From NCBI RefSeq assembly GCF_964188315.1, contig NC_135657.1:71300001-71364000 (forward strand): DNA of 64,000 nucleotides, written 5' to 3'. Both the position numbers and the translations under genes were made by a program. Origin of the DNA: Podarcis muralis. Taxonomy: Eukaryota. Positions 11,048 to 22,300 of the stretch are shown piece by piece. The notes under the pieces were generated by a model. It was not told where the DNA came from, did not search any database, and saw only the letters and a program-made list of their open reading frames with translations. How positions within the stretch are numbered: position 1 is the stretch's first letter; every line of letters starts with the position of its first letter.

Positions 11048-12789
11048 TCATATGGAAGCAACCTGTATCTTTCAAAACAGTTTGTGTTGAAATTCGTTAG
11101 GCATTATAGGCAGTAAGAAAAACATGCACAAAGCAATATTTTTCTCCGAAAACTCTAACTATTGGTTCTTTAATTTTTTAAAAAAACAACTTTTAAAAAA
11201 TTACATTCTTTCAACATATAATAATAAAATACAGATACAAAATAAAATAACCCATTCTAACCCAGAATAGCTACTGGTACTTCTACTGCCTTTGTTGCAT
11301 GAATAAAAAGAGTAATGGAACAAAATAGAAACATTCTGCTCCAGTAAACTTCAGTGTTTGAAATATATGCTCTGCCATCACTGACCAGTAATCTTATGCC
11401 AAGAAAACACACCCTAGGCTGGGTGAATTAGATAGGTTTTCCTCAAACCTTATCCTCAGAGAGCCACTCGTGGAACTCGGCCAAAACATGTGTATCTATC
11501 CATCACAGAACACTTTGCTGTTGCTTCTTGCCAACTAATGCATTACTAGGCCTCAGGAGGACAGAAAGAAGCTCCCTCCTTTCCATATGGACATCAGTAA
11601 ACCTTTGGTGAGAACAGAAGATGGCACCCAAAAATATTCAAAATTAGGAAGGGATTCAACAAACATTTATACTAGTAACGTCTCATTTAATTAACCAATA
11701 AAACTATACAAATGATTGAGCAAAACATATATGAGAAAGAAGGTGTGTAAATTCAAAAACAGTGATGCTCCAAACTTGAGTGGCTCTTCACAGCTATATT
11801 GTAGAGGTATTGTTCAAAATCTGATCTATAACTTTGCAACTGCAATGAACTGCAAGGGATATCATTTCTGATTTTCAGATGCATTTTCCCTCATACTATT
11901 TCCCATCAAACATCAAAGCAACAAATTTTGTGTCCTGAAAAAAAAAGAGCTGCATTCAAGTAATAGGCTTTGTGAATGAAAATTACTCATAAATTTAAGA
12001 ACAAAACCTCAGAGGTTATAAATTTGTTTGGGGTACAGAGCAGGGAATTAGTTCCCTCCCTTGTTTCTCTTTATGATCTCATCACAGATGACCTGAATCT
12101 CTTTCCAGACCCCGCCTTCTCCACAGCCTATAGCTTAGATTATTCACTTCTTAGCGAAAACACCACCTGCCATATGAACAGGAGATTAATTACCCTGCAT
12201 TTACATGAATAAAATATATGTGTCAAAACTGCCCTGCATCCATTTTCTTTTGCCACAGCTGTGTTTGGAGACATTTGCATTGCGAAGTCCCATGTTTTGA
12301 GTCTGAGAAGTCTACATTATACTTTGGACTACTGTTACAGGACGACTGCTGCATCTAACCCCCCCCCTCAAAAAAACCCCCCATTATATGAGTACCTATG
12401 TGCACTTTCCATATCCCTTTGTTAGCAAACCTCACTTTTCTAAACTTCAGAAAATCTGGACATTTTCAGCATTCTCAAATCAGTTGTGTTGACTTCTCAC
12501 ATTAATTTGGGGAGACAACCAGAAAACGTCTTTCTATCTGCTAGAGATTCTGGCAACAGAACTTAAATGGTGGCTATAATGATTGGGTTACAGAGAGAGA
12601 AGGAAAATCTCTAATGGAAGCAGCAATAAGTCTGAGACCTTATTTGAACTTGGTGGGGGGGAAGACGACTGTGGGCTTAATATAAGCAAAAGTTCAAGCC
12701 AATTATTTATCTTTCCCCCTATTGTACGCAGCTCTCCTTTTGAAATTAAAAGTACACAGTGAAGCAACCTCTCAGAAAATATAACCTAC

Positions 12790-12892
12790 CCTGTGATGAA
12801 CAACTCCTTTGGTCTCTTCCGTAGGATTCTCCACTGCAGCCAATCTGACATGGCAGGAAGTGGAAGCAAGACTTGTGATGTATATTGCACCA
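12790..12892 (-). other. Candidate exon 1 of an orphan spliced unit (ATG at 12851)
   Basis: Donor AGG|GTAGGT at 12790/12789; GCCATG context at 12851; possible acceptor CATTCATTATCTTAG| at 12892. Confidence 0.35.
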
Positions 12893-13272
12893 CTAAGATA
12901 ATGAATGTCTGGTTTAGGTTGACCCAGTGCCAGCACCCTAGAACCGCACAAGCACCGGCGCAACATCTGCGGCAATCTACATTCTGCAGCTCAGCTGCTT
13001 ATTGTGGCATGTCTATGACTCAATTCAGAAGCTTTTCACTGGGCTTCTCCAGTTTTCATCAAGATTGCCTGTTAAGCACAACTCACCTTAAAGCGGTCCG
13101 TTTTATGCACCACTGTTAGCTCACAGAAGAAACAGTACAACTCTGGATTCCATATCATGTTATTCAGGTGTTTGTGGTCTCAGGTGGGAGGGGCATGCAT
13201 ACGGGCAAAAATAAGAATCAAGTAGGATACCTATTCCACCCCCACTGGTTCTTGATGAAAAACATCCCAGTA

Positions 13273-13510
13273 CAGCAGTGGCTCCCAAAGTGGATGCCAC
13301 TCAGGGTGGGTGTGTGTGTGTGTGTTTGCTAAGAGGCAAGGGGGCAGCAGGGGGGGCACTGAAGGTATAAATAACTATTAGATCTCGAAAAGCTGGTATC
13401 AGGTTTATCCATTTTGTTGAATTAATTAAACTAAATAGTTTTAATTGGATTTTAAATAAATGTGCATTTAATTGGTAGGGTGGTTTACGGAACCAAGAGA
13501 GAAGTGGTCC
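13273..13510. mobile_element. Decayed hAT-type MITE remnant
   Basis: Begins CAGTGGCTCCCAAAGTGG (hAT-like terminus); right end not resolved. Confidence 0.4.
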
Positions 13511-15493
13511 AAAAATGTCAAGCAAAGACCTCAGTTATCCTAGCTGGCAAGAAAACACAACACCCGTCTCCAGCAACTACAGTACTCCTCTGCCCTTGAG
13601 TGTCTTCTTGCTCATTGCAAGTTTTCTCTCAGTTTGGAAAAATATCTCAGGGCCTGCAGGTTCCTTCTCCAACCCTCCTTTCAATTTATAGGAGCTGCAA
13701 CACAAGCTCAGAGAGACTTCTCAGGCTGGCAGCTACTAGGCCCAGACTGAACTAAGTTTAGGCGGAGGCCTACAAGAGCTCCAGACAAACTGAAGGACAA
13801 TTTATGCCCTCAACCTATTCCAGTACTGCCACATCTACTAAAATATCAATAGTTACTCTACAGTATATGCTAATCTATGGATTATCTGAAAAATACATTC
13901 AAATGAAACAAATCTCCTTAGATGACTTTTTTTTAAAGTAGCAATAAACTATGCACAAGTCACATGGGTAGCAAATCCCCTCAAAATATTTTATTTGGTA
14001 GAGTCTATTAACAAACAAGCATCAGCGTGTCACTGAGTTGGGATTTACAATGGTGAAAGGGACATTGGATTGTCCTGTTGGCTTTTGAAGAGTAGACAAG
14101 AACTATGGAGAAACTGTTACTACACTGATTCAGGGTGTAAGAAAGGATCAAAGCACACTTTGTGTTCATTTGGACTTTTTTGTGTATGTGGAGTATCTGT
14201 GGGGGAATTTATTTAGTTGCAAAAGATGCTTTAAAAAATATATCTAGGAAGTGACATAAAGAATTCTGATTCGACATAGCCAGATGTTACAAGAATGACT
14301 TAGGATAATATTTTCCAATAATAAGGAAGCTATTTTCACATGCTGCACAGAAATTGTGACTTTTTCCAGCTGCCATATGCAAGTAAGCTGCATCAGCTAC
14401 TAATTGGCATGTGTGTTCTGCAGGGCTTTTACAGACGCGTAAGGAAGACCTCATTCAATTGGATAGGTGCCTGTATCCTAAATCTGTCAATTGGATAGTT
14501 GCCTATTCCCCTAATCTGTATCTTGAAATAACCCATGCAAAAAGAATGAAAGCTTTGTGCAACATGCATGCTAGTAGGTGGTATCTTTTCAAAAATTCTC
14601 TTTCTAAGCAATTCCTGCACTTGAGACAGAGCAGGGAATGAACTCGCCTGAATGGAACAATGTTTATTACAGTAGAGCTGGATGATTCAGTAAGTACAGG
14701 ATGTGCCCAATTACTCTCTCTGTGTGAGTGTGTGTTTTCCACCCCTCAATCCTATTTCATAAACTCCTATTACACAAGTCAGCATATGCACAGCATTTAT
14801 CCTTTCTCCCTTGTTCATTACTGCTCCTTTTATGCCATGTCCTCCAATTTGTCTACTGGAAGAAGCACCAGCAAACCAGTACAGGAATCAAGATTTCTGT
14901 CGCTGTGGGACAGAAATGAAGTGTGTTTGTTTCTGTGTCTAGATGTATGTCAGATACTGCCTGACCTTCTAATTTACACAAAGTGCATGCCACTAGTTTG
15001 CCCTCCAGCTCGCTCCAAATTTACCTTTTGTATGAGGCGCAATCTCTCTCCAGAGTGCAGACGCCCCAATTAACTATAATTCAAAAGATATGTATAGTAT
15101 GTCCCAAACCAAAAGCACCAGGTTGCCTAACATGAAGGAATGCAATGTGTGTGTGCTCTTTCCAAGGTAAATAATTACATAGAAGTCTGGTTTATGGGAC
15201 TATAAAGTAACCACCAAGTTCTGTAGAGAGAAAATGTAAATTTCAAGGAAGTAGGAGTGACGTCAAAGCTTTACCTTTTCAACACCAAAGTACTAATCAT
15301 TTTGCATAAATACTTTCATTTACAGTAAAGTGGCATGGTTACTAATAAATGGATTTATCTTGACAAGGATACGCTTAAATATGGGCTTATGTTCACTAAG
15401 ATCAACTCAAGCCTATACAAGTGTTTATTCCTGTTTTTAAGCATTCACTCCCATAAGTGATAACCTCTAGGTAAGGTTACTGCAATGCATGAT

Positions 15494-16290
15494 ATGTGGG
15501 ACTGCCTCTGAAGACGGTTTGGAAACTTCAGCTGATGCAGAATTCAGCAGAGCTGGTTGCTCACCGGGGCAAGACAGTTTTAACATATTACACTGATCCT
15601 GACCCAACTGCATTGGCTGCCAATTACCGGTAGTTCCTGGGCCCAAATCAAAGTGCTGGTTTTGGCCTATAAAACCTTAAATGGCCCAAGTCTGCAATAC
15701 CTCAAATACCGCCTCTCCCTGTATGAAGTAACACAGACCCTGCAATAATCACCTGAGGCCCTTTTTGTGTGCCTCCACGAGAGATCCAAAGGGTGGCAAC
15801 ACAAGAACAGGCCTTCTCTGCCGTGACAGGCTTGCCTGGTGCTATGATTATACAGTTATACCTCGGGAGTCAAACGGAATCCGTTCTGGAAGTTCGTTCG
15901 ATTTCCAAAACGTTCGGAAACCAAGGCATGGCTTGGCAGGAAGCTCCTGCAGGCAATCAGAACTTGTGTTGGATGTTTGGGTTTCAAATAATGTTCGCAA
16001 ACCAGAACACTCACTTCCAGGTTTGCGACGTCCGGGAGCCAAAACGTTTGACTTCCAAGGTACGACTATATATCTTTATATTTCCTCTATAACTAGGCCT
16101 TTGGCCTTCAACTATATGTAGCCTTTTAGAAGTGGGAAGAATGTTTTTAATGTATTTATTTTTCCTCTTGGTTTTAATGTATCGCCTGGGTTGCGAGGAG
16201 GTTGTGAACCTGTCTGTCTGTTCGTAAGTCTCTTTGGGTTGGCCTGGCCTGGGCCAGATGAAGCAACTAACAAATTTAATAAATAAAGAA
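15494..16290 (+). mobile_element. Decayed L2 3' portion interrupted by a Tigger-like MITE
   Basis: Degenerate match to the ORF2 C-terminus (GLPLK..KLQL.QN.AA; LHWLP; KVLVL.YK.LNG) at 15494-15842; 3' UTR-like sequence and tail resume after 16070. Confidence 0.8.
15853..16068. mobile_element. Tigger-like (Tc1/mariner superfamily) MITE
   Basis: TIRs CAGTTATACCTCGGGAGTCAAACG / CGTTTGACTTCCAAGGTACGACTA; TA on both flanks. Confidence 0.85.
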
Positions 16291-18549
16291 GAAGAAGAAT
16301 GTGAACTTTTTTAAAACAACTCTTCTAATATTAACACTACGTCATTCGTATAGAAGACAAAATAAGTTTATCAGTTTGTTTGATAGGACTCGGAGTAAGC
16401 ATTTTGTGCCTGGATTAAAGACCAAACCAAGTCACCACTGTTGGGTTGCTTATTTATTAAAACAATAAAAATCAAGGATTTTTTAAAGAGGTGCTGTACA
16501 TAAGGGAGTTAGAATCAAGTTGCAGCACTGGTCACTTTTGCAGGTGTTTAGATGTGCTCTCCAAGGGTTTACATATGGATTTCATTCAGCTGCTGAAGAG
16601 GCTATTTTCAAGACCTGGCATCACTACCAGACTCCACAAGTGCACAAAAAGTCATTTGCCAGCTTTGCAACCTTAGGAAAGAGAGTCTTAATGGTTAACC
16701 ACACAAAATTAAAATTCTTAAAGCCATTAATCACACTCTCATGACGGCAGATAAGGCAGTGTGCAGCATATGCTCATGTAGGTCTTTGCCTTTAGCCATA
16801 ATCAAGAGGTATTAACCTCTCCATGGAAAAGAGCTGCATGAGGTTCTACAGTAACACAGTGACAGAAGCGAAGTGGGATAGGCAAAGGTCAAACAAATTC
16901 ACTTTGTATTAAATGACAGTTATGTAAGAAATAACTTAATACCTGAACACAAATGGGCTGATTAACATTCATGAAATGAGACTCATCAATCCTCAACATA
17001 AAAGCGGAGCTAAAATTTATGTCACAATTCCCTGCTCAATGGCACTGCGAGCGGCAGGAGTCCAAATGGGTCGCTGCTAAGTCACTGTGTTCTGTAGTCA
17101 GCCATTTGTCAAAGGAGCAAAATTATCTGATAAATGTTCTTTCATTCAATCCACAGATAAATGAAGGATGAGTTAGAGGGTGTTAAAATACCAACACCTC
17201 TCTTGCATCATAAAGCAATGAAAGCAGGAGGGAGAGCAGGTCGAGGTTGTTTTTTTAAAAGAAGGTGCCTCATTTCAATCATGTCTAGGTATTAGGTGGA
17301 AGTTACTACAATATGCGTCTTCTTCTTTTTTTTATCTCATCAGAAATCTGCCCACACAGTATTATAGACAACGCACACATAAATACTGATCTAGGAAACA
17401 GCTTCCCTAAGTGCACACAGTGTTTCCACAATCAGGATGCAATTCACTACAGACATTCCCTAAACCACATTTATCACTGGTGGACATATATGCGGTAGAA
17501 TATATGAAACCGGATTATCCCAATCTTTCAATTACCTGATTTTGCCAACTGTATCCCCAACTAACTCAAGGTCAATTAAACCTTAAAAAAACAACATTCC
17601 CGTGAACTATTCTTGCCCCATGGTCATCTCCTTGCATGAGCGAATACCGCACAGCCCTACTGGGGCAATCTTGGCAGTTTTTCATACTGTGCATAGTTTA
17701 TGTTATGTCTGAAAATGTGGTCATTACATTATCAGCAGCATTAATGTTCTCTTGAGAAAAGAGATTACCTTGCCCCAAGAAATCTCATAATAAAATGTAA
17801 AGACATTCTCCTAAATGACCTTCTCCACAAAACTACCCCTCAAGCCAGGAGTACTCAGTAGAACACTAAAAATAGCTAAAGGTAAATCTTCCACTGCACA
17901 GAGGTCCTAAATGAAGATACTAGTGCCATGTGCCTGGAAGGAATCATTTGTCCATAACGTCTCAAAAGCATTCAGACAGCTCAACAGAGATACACTTGTT
18001 TTAATGCTTCCCACTCCCACTTCTTGGAACTGGTACCGTGGATGAACATTCTGCCCTGAGTGCCCATAACCATTAAGGATTTGGCATGCAGTTTCCTGCG
18101 AGAATCACTTCAACAGAAACCATTCTTTTTTAGGCTGCTCATCTCTCATCAGAAAGTGAAAAGAAGAGTGTTGCAAGAAACCACTTCTTTGTTTGCCTTC
18201 TATATTCAGGGGATACTAACAACACAACAGCATCCTTTGTTCAGCATCCGCGCTTAGACTCCTTTGCACCTGAAGGAAGTGCAGCTGAGTTTGTCCTGCG
18301 GTCACCCTCTTTTGTGACAGATATTCAGAAAATACAATTCAATGTTCTGGTTGTCGTGAGATTGCTGACCAATCCCTTTTGCACATGATCTTGTATGTTC
18401 AGACGATACTGTCCTCTGCTAGTATCCTGTCACCAGATCCCTGTTGATTATTTCCTTTGGTGATAGTTCTTGTTTTCCCCCAACTTTGCTCTCTTGGAAC
18501 CAGCAATATTTAAACAAAAAATACAGGCTTTTTTATTGGAGAACAAAGA

Positions 18550-18640
18550 GAATCAGTTAACTTGGAAATGATCCTGTAGGCCATCTAGATGAACCCATTG
18601 CTTGATGTAGGAGATCCTAAGGCAAAGCATACCTAATGCC
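18550..18640 (-). mobile_element. CR1-type 3' tail remnant
   Basis: GAATCAGTTAACTTGGAAATGATCCTGTAGGCCATCTAGATGAACCC resembles the CR1-tail segment at 6053-6120. Confidence 0.5.
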
Positions 18641-19196
18641 TCTATAAGGCAGAAGCCAGAACTAAAAGCATAAACGGATGCAGGAAAAATTCACACAAGA
18701 AAGCAAAGGAAAAACAAAAATTATTCTGGCTCTGCACCAGTGTGCTAGTGCACTAATATACTGAACCAGGCCTCAGTTACTCAGTAGCACCTATATATAC
18801 ATTTCTGGATCAGAACCATTATTGATTCTGGAAGGGCAACTGAAGATCCCTACCCCCATGGAAAAAGAATTTTGCCTTGGGACCCTTAAATGATCAGCTT
18901 GGGGAGTGAGTAAGGAATATCAGACACAGGGCTTAGTCTCACTAGCAGATTTGAGACCAGCCAATGGCAAAGTTAGCTTTGAAGATGGTCCTCCCAGGTG
19001 TTTCATTAATTACGGAAGGCAAATGGGGCAAGAGGATTAACTGTCTGTCAAGGCAGAGATGTTCCTTAATTATCGCCACTTAGCTGGGCATTTAGCTCTC
19101 TGCAAGGAAATGTATTGTGACTGAAGGGACAGTGTGTGAGAGACACACACACCTCTTAGGCCATTGCTGGTTTCTGGAAAGTGACTCTCTGGTGTC

Positions 19197-19348
19197 TATG
19201 GGCATAGCCAGGATTTATGTTAGGGGGTGCAAGACTTTGGGGGGGGGGGCAGAACCCAGCTACCTGTGATGTGATTCATTGATTGGTTACTATTTTTATT
19301 TATTCTCTTGAATGGGGGAGGGCAGCTGCCTCCCTGCCTACACCCACA
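19197..19348. mobile_element. hAT-type MITE (family of 5325-5453)
   Basis: TATGGGCATAGCCAGGATTT ... CCCTGCCTACACCCAC termini and G-run interior. Confidence 0.65.
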
Positions 19349-19860
19349 GTTAGGGCTGGTCCTGATATAAGGCAGAGTGAGGTAGCTGCCTCTGCTGGCA
19401 GGTGTTGAGGGTTGTGGGGTCAGTGGCAGTGAGGTGTGTGCCACACAGCCTGCCCTAGGTCCCCTAATCTTGTCTGATGGTCTCAAATGTGGTAGAAGGT
19501 GCTGCATGGTTAAGTCAGATTCAACTTCCACTCTGGTTTGCTTCTGTATGTGAAATGGTGGTGACAGTGGGGCCACTTGTTTTTCACCTCAGACAGCAAA
19601 AAGTCTTGATCCAGCCTTGGCTATTGCCAAGGATACCTGCGAGACCTTCATTGTGACCAATTACAATCATTGGGATCCACAAGCAAGCTGTCTTCAAGTT
19701 ACTTTCTGTGTGTCTAGCTGCACTGCAGATATGGCAAAGACCATGCCCAGGGAACTTTTTGGAAGTACTGTAACACTTGTTTGGGCTAACCTTGGGAGTT
19801 AGATTAAACACGACCATTTTGAAAAAGATAGGTAGCAGCTACCAAGTTACCTATTTAGAT

Positions 19861-19930
19861 CAGGGATTGAGAACCTGTGGCCCTCCAGTTGTTGTTGGAC
19901 TACAACTCCCGTCATCCTTGCTGGGGCTGA
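19861..19930. mobile_element. hAT-type MITE remnant
   Basis: CAGGGATTGAGAACCTGTGGCCCTCCAG...GGACTACAACTCCC; same family as 36755 and 51771. Confidence 0.65.
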
Positions 19931-20327
19931 AGTGAGGTTGTGTCTTTTTGTACATATCACATGATGTTCTTAATGTACTAGAGCAAAGATAGATCCTTTC
20001 CCTTTCCCGAACTAAAAACTGCCTACATTATGCAATGCAATCTTAATGGTGTAAAACTGAGTTTATAATTCACTTTTACTAAATGAAATCACTTTTATGG
20101 TTGGGTAAACCATGAATAATCTTTAATAGTATAAGAAAATGTGCTGTAGAATTAAACACTGTGATCCATCTTTCTCTTGTGGTTAAATCCTACCAAAGGT
20201 GAGCATCCGGGAATCTGCTTGAACCCCATTTCGTTAAAGTTAAAGAAACAGAAAAGAAACATAATGATATTGATGGTTAAATGAGAAATATGCTTTGCCA
20301 CATTAAATTCCCAGTAATAAATGCCTT

Positions 20328-20679
20328 GGGACGTGGGTGGCGCTGTGGGTTAAACCACAGAACCTAGGGCTTGTTGATCAGAAGGTAGGCGGTTCGAATC
20401 CCCGTGACGGGTGAGCTCCTGTTGCTCGGTCCCTGCTCCTGCCAACCTAGCAGTTCAAAAGCACATCAAAGTGCAAGTAGATAAATAAGTACCGCTTTGG
20501 CAGGAAGATAAACGGGATTTCTGTGCGCTGCTCTGGTTTGCCAGAAGCGGCTTAGTCATGCTGGCCACATGACCCGGAAGCTGTACACCGGCTCCCTCGG
20601 CCAATAAAGCGAGATGAGCGCCACAACCCCAGAATCATCCGCGACTGAACCTAATGGTCAGGGGTCCCTTTACCTTTAC
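20328..20679 (+). mobile_element. Sauria SINE, full length
   Basis: GGGACGTGGGTGGCGCTGTGG (A box), GGTTCGAATCCC (B box), conserved core, 3' CCCTTTACCTTTAC. Confidence 0.95.
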
Positions 20680-21020
20680 ACTTTTTATTGCTGTGTCAGG
20701 ACCAGTGGTAAACAAACTTGCAAGCAATAACTTGCAATGCAAATCTCTTCAGCTGTAATCACACACTGCATTATTATTTGGGTATTAACTGATATCACTT
20801 GATAAGTTTTGTATTTAGCATTTCTAGCTGACCACTTATTATCCCTGCACTTCTTGTTTAATGATGTAAGGGCCATGTGAAATTGTGTTGTTAAGGTGTG
20901 CTCAACCCCTGCAAATGCACCTCCGGTGTCAAACACTTGCTTCCTGTCACATAATGTGTGAAGCAGGCCTCAAGCAATCACCCAACCACAGAAGTTGGAA
21001 CCCTTTTCACAGACCTACAT

Positions 21021-21276
21021 CATGGGTAGGCAAACTAAGGCCCAGGGACCAGATCCGGCCCAATCGCCTTCTAAATCCAGCCCGCGGATGTTCTGGGAAT
21101 CAGAGTGTTTTTACATGAGTAGAATGTGTCCTTTTAATTAAAATTCATCTCTGGCTTATTTGTGGGGCATAGGAATTCGTTCATCCTCTCCCCCCAAAAA
21201 AATATATAGTCCGGCCCCCCACAAGGTCTGAGGGACAGTGGACTGGCCCCCTGCTGAAAAAGTTTGCTGACCCCTG
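21021..21276. mobile_element. hAT (Charlie-like) MITE
   Basis: TIRs CATGGGTAGGCAAACT / AGTTTGCTGACCCCTG; 8-bp TSD ACCTACAT/ATCTACAT. Confidence 0.9.
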
Positions 21277-21385
21277 ATCTACATCAACTGTTCCTGAATG
21301 TTCTTTTAGATATCCCTGTGTATCAAATTGCTTGGAGCCAAACATTATGTGAAGTGCAGTTGTGTGCAAATCTGCAAGCAACTTT

Positions 21386-21636
21386 AAGAAGAAGAGAAGA
21401 GTTTGGATTTGATATCCCGCTTTATCACTACCCAAAGGAGTCTCAAAGTGGCTAACATTCTCCTTTCCCTTCCTCCCCCACAACAAACACTTTGTGAGGT
21501 GAGTGGGGCTGAGAGACTTCAGAGAAGTGTGACTAGCCCAAGGTCACCCAGCAGCTGCATGTGAAGGAGCGGAGACGCGAACCCAGTTCCCCAGATTAAG
21601 GGTCTATCGCTCTTAACCACTACACCACATTGGTTC
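21386..21636 (-). mobile_element. Squam2-like (MIR/CORE-related) SINE with L2-type tail
   Basis: Reverse complement: tRNA-like head GTGGTGTAGTGGTTAAGAGC...GGGTTCG, CORE-like GGGTGACCTTGGGCTAGTCAC, tail GCCACTTTGAGACTCCTTTGGGTAGTGATAAAGCGGGATATC-(CTT)n. Confidence 0.85.
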
Positions 21637-22159
21637 TCAAAACAAAAACAAAAAAACAGAAGTTTTTTTCTTAAAAAACAAAAAAGCAGAAGTAGAGATA
21701 GGAAGCTACACTCTTTAGTAGAATTATTGATGGGAAGAAGATGCCAGTTTGGGCAGAGAGATGACAAAGAGGCCCCATAACCCCTTTCTCCTTGGACTAT
21801 TTGGTACTCAAAATCTACCCAAAACCCATGAAGACATTTCCTCTTCCTCCCTGTGTGGAAAAGCAGCTGGCAGGTGGAGATGGGGTAGGGGAGCATTTTA
21901 AGAGATGGAACAGCCAGAGGGGAAAGGGTTAAGCAATTCCTACACTCATACTGGCAGCTTCTCACATCTGTTTTTCCTTAAAAGGAATGCTGGAGCAAAG
22001 TTACATGCAACTATAGTTTGACCCTAGGTTTGCTTCAAGGCTAATTCCACAGAAAGCAGTTCTCTGGATGAATTCAACCTGTACATAGGTAAGCATATTT
22101 GATGACAGGAAACATAGATGCTTTATGGCACATACTGCATTCAACATACTTAATAAAAG

Positions 22160-22300
22160 TTATCCTTACAACAACCCTGTAAGATAGTCCCAAATTATCG
22201 TTCATAGTTTGCAGATAGGAAGCTGATTCTGTGAACATAACAGCTTCCCTAAGGCTGCCTACTGAGCTCAGTGCCGAGGTAAAATCTGAACTCCATTTGC
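22160..22300 (-). mobile_element. Old MIR/CORE-like SINE remnant
   Basis: CCTTACAACAACCCTGTAAGATAG...TTTGCAGATAGGAAGCTGA...CCTAAGG resembles reverse MIR core. Confidence 0.55.

Noticed and set aside
15258-15265. Perfect CRE palindrome TGACGTCA
   Set aside because: A single 8-mer with no supporting promoter context; within chance expectation for 64 kb.
19629-19636. U12-type donor matches GTATCCTT (here) and ATATCCTTT (31054-31062), both on the minus strand
   Set aside because: About one or two such matches are expected by chance, and no convincing coding exon or U12 branch point accompanies them.
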